DNA of 64,000 nucleotides from Bugula neritina (taxonomy: Eukaryota > Animalia > Bryozoa). The position numbers and the translations under genes are program-made. Below the pieces are notes generated by a model, which worked only from the letters and a program-made list of their open reading frames with translations, was not told the origin of the DNA and did not search any database. Shown one piece after another: positions 13,452 to 26,336 of the stretch (within the stretch, counting starts at the first letter, position 1; each line of letters starts with the position of its first letter). Location of the stretch: positions 31,991,504 to 32,055,503 of the forward strand of contig OZ037765.1 of NCBI GenBank assembly GCA_964035545.1, given 5' to 3'.

Positions 13452-13884
13452 GCGTAAGGCCACACGACGCGAGACTCTTTATGCGAGTTTAAATTGCAAA
13501 GAAAATTGTCCCGGGAGCGACCTGCCACACACAATGCGTGTGTTGCAAGCGCGAAATTTATTAGCTAATAATTTCAAAGTTTAACATCACTGCTCGCCTA
13601 CAGACATTTGTTTTTAAAACTACGCCATCTAATTATTATAAAAGGGGAAATGCAAATTATATGAAACTGTTTTAATTCAGTTTGCTAAAAGCTAAAACAT
13701 GAATTGAAATAAAAAAGTGTTCTCGCTAAATGATAATCAGCCAATTAAATAAAACCGCACAAGCTTTCCGCACTTCTTGCTCAGCATGTTACCCGCATGA
13801 AAATCCGCACACAGCGTCTTATTTTAGGCTAAGCGGTGTTCTCACACGTCTCAGTTGAGTAAATCGGGTCGTGTGGCCCTACGC
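13452..13884. mobile_element. MITE family B (PIF/Harbinger-like)
   Basis: TIR GCGTAAGGCCACACGAC / GTCGTGTGGCCCTACGC with a perfect TTA TSD (13449-13451, 13885-13887). The TIR is related to family A. Confidence 0.85.
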
Positions 13885-14437
13885 TTACTGTAGGAATAAA
13901 AACTGACAGCTAGGTAAACTGTCAGACTCAGTTTTAGTCATTAGTGCACATAATCACATAACGACTAAAGCAAAAGTTCTATTGCAATAAGCATATGATG
14001 TGTGAGGGGCTTGTAAGAGACTGTTCCCATTCAATGTTTATTTTATTTTTCATTCAGCCAAGCTACTACTTACTCTCACAACTTTATTATATTATAAAAT
14101 TGTTAAAACTGAATACTTCAAATCTGTCTGTTAGCAGAAATATATGTAACTATTTGAATAGATATTAATGCAGCTGAACCATGAAAATTTAGTCGTATGG
14201 TTCACTATCTTTAAGCTACTCAAACCAACTTGATTTATTAAGTTAGTTTAACAAAAAGGTTATGATTTACATTTCTATTAGGCCAGTGCATTATGTATAC
14301 AAACCCTAATTTAAGAAGACAGGTAAATTAAAATTTTAGTGTATATGTACATATATTGACAAAATAAAACATCTTAAATAAAATAACAAAATAGAAACAC
14401 TGCCTTTCGATTTATTGAATCTTGAACTACACTAAAT

Positions 14438-15356
14438 CTAATAATGTTTGAGAAATTCAGTGGAATTTTTACACAAACATTTCAGGCAAGAGGGTTTACT
14501 GTATCATGACATAACATGTGCTCTCTAAGTTGAACTGAGTCTGTAAAATAAACTTGGCAATATCTACATGGCCATAGCTGGTTGATGCCAGAGTCTTGGA
14601 GTTGATGTAGGGCCACAGGCTCAACTGGATGGGCAGCTGTCAGTATAGAATAACCTTGATATAGTGAAGAGTAGCTTTGTGATTTAGTTCCAAGAAAAAT
14701 TGATATGTCATCACTTGATGACATTTTAAAGCATTCTCCATAATATGCTTTCACCAAAGGTAAATGAAACGTCAGATCTGTTTTTATGAAGTTCCTAATC
14801 TGGGCTTGTCCAACTTGACTGTTACTGATATTGTCAAACTGAAACTGCCTGACAGATAAATCTAAAGGTTGATCTTTAGCTAAAACTGGTGTAGTCATTG
14901 AGGCGGGAGGTGAAAAAGTCAGACCTCCAGAAGAATTCATTAGGTTTTCTTGAGAAGTTGGGTTGCTGAATTTTGACAAACTGTTTTCTTTGCATTTCCT
15001 AATGTGTATTTTATGACACTTTTTCTAACAAATGTCTGAAGACAAGTTTCACACTGATACGGTTTCTCACCAGTATGCAGTCGGATGTGCTCATTGTAAC
15101 TGGTTCTTCGGAGGAAGCCCCTCAGGCAGAATCTGCAGGTGTAAGGACGATGATTTGAATGACCTTTCTTATGGCGATTCAAGTTTCCAATCATAGTGAA
15201 ACTAGCATTACATATTTCACATACAAACTTCTTCCCAGTTGTGATACTCTTTGGCTGTTGGTTGTCTGCTATGTTCTCACACATGTCTTCTGTACCAACC
15301 TTGTTCTCTTCGGACAAACTTGTACTCATCATTATATCTTCTAGTCTGTTAATCAT
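14438..15356 (-). pseudogene. Ikaros-like zinc-finger pseudogene, copy 3
   Basis: A5 instead of A6 in finger 3 (~15020-15024) splits the ORF. There is also a TGC>TGA change and a small deletion in the final finger. Confidence 0.85.
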
Positions 15357-17595
15357 TGTAAGCACAGTTTCCACCTCTACTCATTCTGATATCCATACAC
15401 TGGAATGTGCACATCAGCAGTAACCTTTTGCTAGTAAGGAAAAATTCAGAATAACTCGTGCTCGCATGAATGATTTTGTTTATTCTACAAGCCAATAAAT
15501 AGCATTTACAGTTCTTGTAAAATTCAACCAATCAAATATTATCTTTTTCTTATAGGTTCAGCTTATATAACTAGCTATTTTGTACTTTCATGGTTTTATA
15601 TATATTTACATATTGCAGGTGCTCAAAGACAAAAAATTAAAGCCTCGAATCGATTTGACCTGCGTCAAAGACATGTATCTAACCATCCTATATTGGCTAA
15701 AGTTAACCAGTATTATTAGAATAATTATTTACAGTCTAGTCCATCAATTCTCATACTCACCAACAGAGTCTTTAATTACACAATTGCACTGGAAATATCT
15801 AGGCCGGTTACCCCACGCATCGCATCTAATAAAAATGTGTTGTAATATGGAGGTATTGTTATATGAAGTGTGTGTAGTATTTCAGCCGCATAGGACTAAT
15901 CAAAGCAAAAATTAGTTCACATAACAGTTACACAAATCATTTTACTAGAGTTTCTAACTATTATTGCTATAATCAGTTCCAATTCTCTTCGTTATCCCAT
16001 GGTATAAAATTAAATGTTTGTTTTTGTGTGTTACCATTCAGCAAAACATTTTTATCTGTGTTATATGTCAACTAGTGATACCACACTAACAAAATGATAT
16101 CAAGTTTCCAAATATGCAACTATTTTTTGGTTTTGAAGTGCAATGTCAGCTAGTGTCTCAATAAAATAAATTCACTGTCATGTATTACAATTTGTAGAAT
16201 TATAATTGAATTATTTGCAGTTATTATATGCAATCTCATTTATTAAATTGTTCAATTGAACTTTAAAGCTTGTCTCACTTGTAGAAGCTTTCAATATTTA
16301 CCTCATTTTGAACAGCATATCAAGTTTTAAACTTAATTATCTAATAACTAAAATATTTTACATTTATTCAAAAGGTCTCTAAATAGTTACAAATCTTACA
16401 TATCTGCCAAAATACGAAGCATCCACACAGCCGGTGATAAAATATTTTAGTAGATAATATAATATTTGCAAAAACACTATGCATTTTAACTATAACTTTT
16501 ATTTCTCACTATAACGCTATAGCTATTGTGGTCATTTATTTTGCTTAGATGTTTTAATTTGAATTTAATCATTTTGTAAGACTGTCTGTATAACTCCATG
16601 AATGCAAATAGATATTGTAAATATGGTCACCACGTTTCTCTTAGAATCCCATATTTACTGGTGAAGAGGCTATTAATAACTATTTATAGCCTTATATAAG
16701 TAATATAATAAGCATTGACTGCTCTGTCTGGTGTTGGTGTAGGCTACTCGTGATGCTAATGTCACATTTTATAGGAATATTTCCCTTCTGTTAACCCTTT
16801 CCTATCCAAGTTTAGGAGGATTTTTGACAGTTTTGTATTTCTTATAATTGATGGGTTGTCCTCGTTCAATTCCATTATGCATAATATTTATTATTTATAA
16901 TTCAAAACAACATCAAAGCAGGTTTCCGGCGGTGAACAAAATAACTCACAAGAAGATCTCAATACTGTGTGGTGATGATTTTAAATTATAATAAAAACTT
17001 TCAATTCCAGGTGGGAGTAGGCATAGTGGTGTGTATATTCATCATGAGTCAATGTTTAAGATAAAATATTGTGAATCAAAGCGCCCATTTCTCTAATTCG
17101 CATAATGCAAAGAAAATTTTTCATCGAAGAAGCTGTTTGACTGAATTTTACTTCGATGCAACTATAATTTCCATATGGCAAATGAAAAAACCCATTCGCA
17201 TAATGGGATAATAGAAATGTAGTGATAGTAGCAATTGCAAGATGATTGTATGTATTTAATAAATTTTAGCCCAATAAAATGCAGTTATATACAGTACAGG
17301 TTTATTATTGTGGTTAGACTTGAGTAATTATGCAAACATCAGCATTCACAGTTAGGTGTGAGATGCAAAAAGAATTTTCAATTAACTTGTCATTTTTATT
17401 TTACAGGCAAGTGATGGAGAAAACTCTCAAATACAGAAAAACCTTTATAAACTGTGTTGCACTCTTACCAATAGAGTAAAAAAGCTTTTTACATGAAGCA
17501 ATGCATTTAGAGTATGTAGAAAAGTCATATCTATATCTGCATGTAGCAGTAAAGCTTTGACTAGACTTTTATATCCAAAATTGTATCAGTACCAA

Positions 17596-17821
<226 letters not shown>

Positions 17822-18056
17822 CTGTCCACAGATTGAGATATTACGCTCTCATTTAATGCTCAGCAATGACATTAAATGATTGAGCACTCTCACCATGGTC
17901 ACAAACTCAAGCTGCTAGCATTTTGCAATGCTCGTGACTCCTAGGTGACCCCTAGAGTCACTTGAGCACTCTGGCTTGAGTTTACACACCTTTTAAATAT
18001 GCTTTAGTAAAACTATAAGTTTTACTATTGCGAAGGTGTGGGCCATGGTACTCTGT

Positions 18057-18103
18057 TCTGTGCTGATGAGGGGACAAATCCCGAAACAGCTGCTGTCCAC
18101 AGA
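18057..18103 (+). ncRNA. Type I hammerhead ribozyme 1
   Basis: Stem I TCTGTG/CACAGA; core CTGATGA; stem II GGGG-ACAAA-TCCC; GAAA; stem III ACAGC-T-GCTGT; GTC cleavage triplet, predicted cut after 18097. Confidence 0.9.
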
Positions 18104-18327
18104 TTGAGATATTACGCTCTCATTTAATGCTCAGCAATGACATTAAATGATTGAGCACTCTCACCATGGTCACAAACTCAAGCTGCTAGCATTTTGCAAT
18201 GCTCGTGACTCCTAGGTGACCCCTAGAGTCACTTGAGCACTCTGGCTTGAGTTTACACACCTTTTAAATATGCTTTAGTAAAACTATAAGTTTTACTATT
18301 GCGAAGGTGTGGGCCATGGTACTCTGT

Positions 18328-18374
18328 TCTGTGCTGATGAGGGGACAAATCCCGAAACAGCTGCTGTCCACAGA
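18328..18374 (+). ncRNA. Type I hammerhead ribozyme 2
   Basis: Identical copy 271 bp downstream; predicted cut after 18368. Confidence 0.9.
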
Positions 18375-18598
18375 TTGAGATATTACGCTCTCATTTAATG
18401 CTCAGCAATGACATTAAATGATTGAGCACTCTCACCATGGTCACAAACTCAAGCTGCTAGCATTTTGCAATGCTCGTGACTCCTAGGTGACCCCTAGAGT
18501 CACTTGAGCACTCTGGCTTGAGTTTACACACCTTTTAAATATGCTTTAGTAAAACTATAAGTTTTACTATTGCGAAGGTGTGGGCCATGGTACTCTGT

Positions 18599-18645
18599 TC
18601 TGTGCTGATGAGGGGACAAATCCCGAAACAGCTGCTGTCCACAGA
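18599..18645 (+). ncRNA. Type I hammerhead ribozyme 3
   Basis: Identical copy 542 bp downstream; predicted cut after 18639. Confidence 0.9.
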
Positions 18646-18647
18646 TT

Positions 18648-18905
<258 letters not shown>

Positions 18906-19737
18906 ATTTTATTGTTATATGGTGGTCATATTTTTTGTTATCATAAATGCAACACAAATATCAATGTTTTGTAAATAATTGGAACAGATAAAATTTTGAA
19001 ATGGTAAAAAATTATGCCAATATACAAATAATAATAGGGAAGAAAACTCGAACTATTTGAAGGTTAAGATTTTCAATATCCAGAAACTCTTGTAAAAACG
19101 ATTTGTGCAATCATTATGTGAACTAATTGTTCTTTTGATAAGATGCATGTGGCTTAAATATGATACACATATCCTTATATAAAATAAAATTTCATATTTT
19201 TTATTACTATGAAACACAATGCGTAGGGTGGCGAGCCTATATATTTCCGGTACAGTTCAGTAATTAAAGACTTCGTTGGTAAGTATATGAGAATTGGTAC
19301 ACTAGTCACTAGACTGTAAATAATTATTCTAATAATACTGGTTAACTTTAGCCAATAGGATGGTTAGATACATGTCTTTGACGCAGGTCAAACCGATTCG
19401 AGGCTTTAATTTTTTATCTCTGCGTAACTTCAACGTTTTTGTTCATAATATCGAACCTTGCTAGTACGAAATAACTAGTTATATAAGCTGAACTTAGAAA
19501 AAAGGAAGCTAGTATTTGATTGGTTGAACCTAACCAAAGATATAAAAGATGAGAAAAGTACTTTAACGCAGCAGGATCTACTTTTTGCTAAATATTGGAA
19601 ACAAAATCATTCATGCGAACATGAGGTTTTTCCTCACTAACAAAAGGCTAATGCAGATGTGCAGATTCTAGCGTATATGGAAAGCGGAATGAGTAGCCAT
19701 AAAAACAGGACTTACATTGATCAACAAACTAGAAGAT

Positions 19738-20655
19738 ATGATGATGAGTACAAGTTTGTCTGAAGAGAACAAGGTTGGTACAAAAGACATGTGTGAGAAC
19801 ATAGCAGACAACCAACAGCCATGTGCAAAGAGTATTACAGCTGGGAAGAAGTTTGTATGTGAAATATGTAATGCTAGTTTCACTATGATAGGAAACTTGA
19901 ATCGCCATAAGAAAGGTCATTCAAATCATCGTCCTTACACCTGCAGATTCTGCCTGAGGGGCTTCCTCCGAAGATCCAGTTACAATGAGCACATCCGACT
20001 GCATACTGGTGAGAAACCGTATCAGTGTGAAACTTGTCTTCAGACATTTGTTAGAAAAAAGTGTCATAAGATACACATTAGAAAATGCAAAGAAAACAAT
20101 TTGTCAAAATTCAGCAACCCAACTTCTCAAGAGAACCTGATGAATTCTTTTAGAGGTCTCATTGTTTCACCTTCTGCCTCAATGACTAGACCAGTTTTAG
20201 CTGAAGATCAACCATTAGATTTATCAGTCAGGCAAGTTCAGTTTGACAATAACACCAACAGTCAAGTTGGACAAGCCCAGATTAAGAAGTTCATAAAAGA
20301 GGGTTCCCAGTTTAATTTACCTATCACGACAGCATATGGAGAGCACTTAAAAATGTTACCAATATACGGCAAATCAACTTTGTCTTCTATGAAAAATGAA
20401 TCACAAAGCTACTCTTCAATACATCAAAGTGATTCTAGGCTGACAGCTGCCCATCCAATTGAGCCTGTGGCCCTACTTCAACTCTATGACTCCGGCATCA
20501 ACCAGCTATGGCCATGTAGATATTGCCAAGTTTATTTTACAGACTCAGTTCAACTTAGAGAGCACATGTTATGTCATGATACAGTAAATCCTTTGACCTG
20601 CACTTTATGCCCAAAAGTGTGTAAGAATCCTACTGAATTCCTAACGCATCCCTAG
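19738..20655 (+). CDS. Ikaros-like zinc-finger protein, copy 4 (full length, mosaic)
   Basis: First ATG at 19738 (the ORF track starts at TTG 19717). Three fingers, PLDLS and C-terminal CRYC...HMLCH...CTLC...EFLTH. Confidence 0.88.
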   Translation: MMMSTSLSEENKVGTKDMCENIADNQQPCAKSITAGKKFVCEICNASFTMIGNLNRHKKGHSNHRPYTCRFCLRGFLRRSSYNEHIRLHTGEKPYQCETCLQTFVRKKCHKIHIRKCKENNLSKFSNPTSQENLMNSFRGLIVSPSASMTRPVLAEDQPLDLSVRQVQFDNNTNSQVGQAQIKKFIKEGSQFNLPITTAYGEHLKMLPIYGKSTLSSMKNESQSYSSIHQSDSRLTAAHPIEPVALLQLYDSGINQLWPCRYCQVYFTDSVQLREHMLCHDTVNPLTCTLCPKVCKNPTEFLTHP

Positions 20656-23600
20656 CTTTAGAATAGTTGCTCAAGATCAAACAGTTTCAAGTATGATATT
20701 CTTAATGTTTAATTTTATTTTTAATGTATATTTTTATTAAATACATACCCATATGTCTAAATATCCTAACTAACCTGCTTTTTCTTCTTAACTGGAGTTT
20801 ATATAAATATTGCACAAGCCTAATATATTACTAATAGTACAATATGTCATCTTCACTAATTTCAGTCAGTCAAGTTGGTTTGATTTACATAAATTAATGA
20901 AGCATAAATCAGAGGCATCATTTCTTTCAGATATAGTTATTCATAAATCTATAAATATTTTAAGTGTTTTGGTTTTATTGATTTTATAACAAAAAAGTTG
21001 TAAGCATAGTTTAGCTGAGTAAGTTTTGTTTATAAAACAAACATTGAATGAGAGCAGTTGGGGGTTTTGTTTACACTCCTTTCACCATAAGCTTGGAGTA
21101 GCCTATTAATAGAGTTTTTAAGTTAGTCTTTATTTGACTATTTAAAGTCTAAACTTATGACTAAAACTGCTTTTTTTTATCGTTTCTCTGCATCATGACG
21201 TGGGCTTTATTATTAGATGAATTCAAGCTTTTGAGCTGAGCATGCAACATGTCTCTTGGGTCTTTACTTTCATTTCTATTCATTGGCATGACACATGTTC
21301 ATTCCAAAAGTGCACATATTATATTTGAATCATCGAGAAAATTAATTTTTTTGACGTAGCCTAATATAGATTTTATACTTACTAGATTAGGAGTTTTTTT
21401 ATAATTGATGGCTATGATCTTGGATTTTTCGAAATGCTCAAGGGTGACAGGTCCACACTTATCTGAAAGTATTTACTTAAACTCTCAAGCAGGATAGGTA
21501 ATCAGGAAAGAAAAAGGCGTCGTCCGGGATTTTGAGCCTTGCCCTAAGTTCGGCCAGACTATAACATAGTACTTGTTAGTTCCTGTGCCAAGTCTAGTAT
21601 ATTATGTGGTATTTCCTGATGTCAATCACATTTGTCGAATGTGTGATTGGGTGACCTATGAATATTTGTATGTTGCAGTACTGTATAAGTATCATATTAA
21701 AATATTATACATTGTGCATTATCAATTATCATATAATCGGCATAATGTAATGTTATGTTGTAATCAACAAGAAGCTTTATTAAAAGCTATACTTTCATTG
21801 TGGCCTATAAATGATTTGAATTTCAGTTTCTTCTGCTTTTATACACTCCCTCATCACTGAAAACAAATAATTATATATTTTGTTGAGAAAAATATGCCAT
21901 TGACAACTACTTATGATTTTAGATAAAGATTATGACAATAACCGTATAGCTCCTTCGTATTAACTCCCCCCCCCCCCTCAAATGCGTGAGGAGTGATGAG
22001 CTATCTGGCAATAAATTGTAATTATCATTTATTATAATAAAAATTTTCAGATCCGGGTGTGTGTAGGCGTAGTGGCATGTATATTTATCATGAGTCAACA
22101 TACAGGTCTTAAAAAAGTATATCCTGGATCATGCAGTGCAACACACCAAGTCCTTGTAGCTCTAGCTGTATCTGTTGGCCTGTAAGATGCACAAATATTG
22201 ATAAAAGTTTCAAATTTTAAAATCTAGTTCAGTAAAATGCAGCTATATTGTGTAGTTTCATTATTTTATAAGTTAGACCTATAAAGTACCCTACACAAAA
22301 GTTATCTTGCATATAGCTATATGTGATAAGTAAAAAATTTGTTTCAACTTGTCATGACATTTTTTCTGTACTTAAATTTTACTGAAACATATACATGTCT
22401 GAGTCTGGCCAGGCATTGCATCAGATCAAGATCACATGCATTTAATTTACAGGTAAGAGATGAAAACTTCCATCATATGAAACAATGCAAGTAATATCTA
22501 TCTGCATGTAGTTCTAAAGCTCAGACTAGACTTCTTGACAATAAGTGTAGCAGATCAAAACTTTTATCATTAAGTCAGAAATTACTTAAGCCAAGTTGTA
22601 TAGTGAAATTTTTACTAGTTTGCTTATAGCTATGTCAGCTATATATTGAGAGCCTACAAAGAAAAGCTTTCTACATAGGACAGTCAGTGCTAACTAAAAG
22701 ACCGATCTGGTACTTGGCAATAGTTGGTGCTAGTGGACTAGTTGTAATTTTAAGAAAGCAAAAATAATTGTTTAGAATGTTTTTTTTCTGACGTGGAATA
22801 CAATTGTTTATTTAAGTTTATGCTGAAATTATGCAAGTTTTGAATTGCAATTGTAGTCTTGACACGTCAAGCGGTGTCAAATGGTGTCAAGCAGTGTCAA
22901 CCAGTGTAATGTTAGAATAATAATACAATAAAGGACATCAGTGAAGGTTTTTTGCCCAAATCACAGCATATATAGCTCATTACACAAGTACTTGCTATTC
23001 AGCTTTTATGTTTTATATGGTATCAACTTTGCTATAACAGGTGGTTAATATGACAGATTTATTTTTATGGCCATGCAATCTTGCCAATAATTTCAATGTC
23101 TTCATGTAATAAAGAAGTTTAGTCAGTTGGTACTTTGCTGCATACTTAGAAGAATTGAGATCCCAACACATTGGTTTTATACTGTGTTAAGATATCTTCA
23201 ATACTGGAACCCTAAAAGAAAACATTACTATTACCCTCATCTTGAAATTGTTTTGCTTTAAGTGCGCGTGCACAACTTCATGGCATCTGTCGCAAACTTT
23301 GTATGTTGAAGAATGAAACACTATTGAGATTATTATACGTCTATAACAGCAATGACATTCCAGAACAAGACTGCACAATATTAATAGAAAAAAGACTGCT
23401 CATTTATATATTAGAATGCATGCGGCATAAGACAACTTCAAGTAAGAGTAACCAGTAAAGTTGTAAAATAATATAAATTGTTTAATGTATCTCAGTTCAC
23501 TAACACCACATAACTTAATCTTAAAACATTATGCAGCATCCTAAACTGTATCACAGATTTTCTCACACTTTATACTAAACACCAAAATTGATAATATTTT

Positions 23601-23704
23601 CACACTCATATGATATAAACTTTGATTTCATCAGTTCACTTGTTTATTTATTGTTTCTATTGCAAATTTCAAAAAAATTTGCCTGATGTGTTCGTATTTG
23701 ACAT

Positions 23705-23747
<43 letters not shown>

Positions 23748-24030
23748 TATACACGCACACGCACACGCACACGCACACACACACACACACGCACACACAC
23801 ACGCACACACACGCACACACACGCACACACACGCACACACACGCGCACACACAGTGACTAAAAAGTTTTTTTAAAATCAACCACATACAAATTGTTTTTG
23901 TAGCATGAAAAGTTTTGCCACTCATCAGGGTAAATAGCTATAGTTGAAGAGCCATCTAATCTCAATAATGATGATAAACACAATGGAAATGTTAATGTAG
24001 CACTGGTAGTCATAGTGATAATAACAGTTA

Positions 24031-24374
24031 GCCTAGGGCCACACTGTGCGTATTGTCGCATGCGAAAATTGAAACCACAAGTAGCAAAGGTGTCTACTGT
24101 AGTGTCAGTGACGCGTGATAAATAAAGCTTTCATTTTTAAATCGCACTCGCTTTCAATAAAACGCAATTTACTGGAATGTAGCACTAAAATAAAGAAATT
24201 GGGCTAACTGAATAACTACCAGCCAATTAGGTGGCGGCGACAGAGACGATTCGCACTTGCGTTGAGAATGCTAAGCGACAAGTGCGAATGTTTTCTCAAC
24301 GCGTACAGTGGATACCTTTGCTACTTGCGATTTCAATTTTCGCATGCGAAAATACGCACAGTGTGGCCCTAGGC
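24031..24374. mobile_element. MITE family A, copy 2 (duplicated with the segment)
   Basis: Same sequence and flanks as 13037-13380. Confidence 0.85.
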
Positions 24375-24436
24375 TAACTCGATCACACATTTGCTAAATG
24401 TGATTGGCTTTAGGAAGATCTATGAAAGTAAATCCT

Positions 24437-24864
24437 AGGCCACACGACGCGAGACTCTTTATGCGAGTTTAAATTGCAAAGAAAATTGTCCCGGGAGCGA
24501 CCTGCCACACACAATGCGTGTGTTGCAAGCGCGAAATTTATTAGCTAATAATTTCAAAGTTTAACATCACTGCTCGCCTACAGACATTTGTTTTTAAAAC
24601 TACGCCATCTAATTATTATAAAAGGGGAAATGCAAATTATATGAAACTGTTTTAATTCAGTTTGCTAAAAGCTAAAACATGAATTGAAATAAAAAAGTGT
24701 GCTCGCTAAATGATAATCAGCCAATTAAATAAAACCGCACAAGCTTTCCGCACTTCTTGCTCAGCATGTTACCCGCATGAAAATCCGCACACAGCGTCCT
24801 ATTTTGGGCTAAGCGGTGTTCTCACACATCCCGGGTGAGTAAATCGGGTCGTGTGGCCCTACGC
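24437..24864. mobile_element. MITE family B, copy 2, left end clipped
   Basis: Same as 13452-13884 except that a 14-bp deletion removes the left TSD and TIR tip. Confidence 0.8.
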
Positions 24865-25417
24865 TTACTGTAGGAATAAAAACTGACAGCTAGGTAAACT
24901 GTCAGACTCAGTTTTAGTCATTAGTGCACATAATCACATAACGACTAAAGCAAAAGTTCTATTGCAATAAGCATATGATGTGTGAGGGGCTTGTAAGAGA
25001 CTGTTCCCATTCAATGTTTATTTTATTTTTCATTCAGCCAAGCTACTACTTACTCTCACAACTTTATTATATTATAAAATTGTTAAAACTGAATACTTCA
25101 AATCTGTCTGTTAGCAGAAATATATGTAACTATTTGAATAGAAATTAATGCAGCTGAACCATGAAAATTTAGTCGTATGGTTCACTATCTTTAAGCTACT
25201 CAAACCAACTTGATTTATTAAGTTAGTTTAACAAAAAGGTTATGATTTATATTTCTATTAGGCCAGTGCATTATGTATACAAACCCTAATTTAAGAAGAC
25301 AGGTAAATTAAAATTTTAGTGTATATGTACATATATTGACAAAATAAAACATCTTAAATAAAATAACAAAATAGAAACACTGCCTTTCGATTTATTGCGT
25401 CTTGAACTACACTAAAT

Positions 25418-26336
25418 CTAATAATGTTTGAGAAATTCAGTGGAATTTTTACACAAACATTTCAGGCAAGAGGGTTTACTGTATCATGACATAACATGTG
25501 CTCTCTAAGTTGAACTGAGTCTGTAAAATAAACTTGGCAATATCTACATGGCCATAGCTGGTTGATGCCAGAGTCTTGGAGTTGATGTAGGGCCACAGGC
25601 TCAACTGGATGGGCAGCTGTCAGTATAGAATAACCTTGATATAGTGAAGAGCAGCTTTGTGATTTAGTTCCAAGAAAAATTGATATGTCATCACTTGATG
25701 ACATTTTAAAGCATTCTCCATAATATGCTTTCACCAAAGGTAAATGAAACGTCAGATCTGTTTTTATGAAGTTCCTAATCTGGGCTTGTCCAACTTGACT
25801 GTTACTGATATTGTCAAACTGAAACTGCCTGACAGATAAATCTAAAGGTTGATCTTTAGCTAAAACTGGTGTAGTCATTGAGGCGGGAGGTGAAAAAGTC
25901 AGACCTCCAGAAGAATTCATTAGGTTTTCTTGAGAAGTTGGGTTGCTGAATTTTGACAAACTGTTTTCTTTGCATTTCCTAATGTGTATTTTATGACACT
26001 TTTTCTAACAAATGTCTGAAGACAAGTTTCACACTGATACGGTTTCTCACCAGTATGCAGTCGGATGTGCTCATTGTAACTGGTTCTTCGGAGGAAGCCC
26101 CTCAGGCAGAATTTGCAGGTGTAAGGACGATGATTTGAATGACCTTTCTTATGACGATTCAAGTTTCCTATCATAGTGAAACTAGCATTACATATTTCAC
26201 ATACAAACTTCTTCCCAGTTGTGATACTCTTTGGCTGTTGGTTGTCTGCTATGTTCTCACACATGTCTTCTGTACCAACCTTGTTCTCTTCGGACAAACT
26301 TGTACTCATCATTATATCTTCTAGTCTGTTAATCAT
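25418..26336 (-). pseudogene. Ikaros-like zinc-finger pseudogene, copy 5
   Basis: Same lesions as copy 3. Confidence 0.85.

Larger units (their letters stand above)
17822..18654 (+). mobile_element. Retrozyme-like tandem array: 3 identical 271-bp monomers plus a ~19-bp partial
   Basis: Monomers start at 17822, 18093 and 18364, with a partial at 18635. Each contains a hammerhead core. Inserted in (TA)n and absent from the paralogous tract at ~28580-28800. Confidence 0.85.

Noticed and set aside
15015-15030. Programmed frameshift or sequencing error in copies 3 and 5
   Set aside because: Both copies also carry a downstream stop and deletion, consistent with pseudogenisation before the duplication.
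17822-18654. 271-bp repeat as a CRISPR array or plain satellite
   Set aside because: There are no unique spacers and the context is eukaryotic. The hammerhead core and nested folding explain it better.
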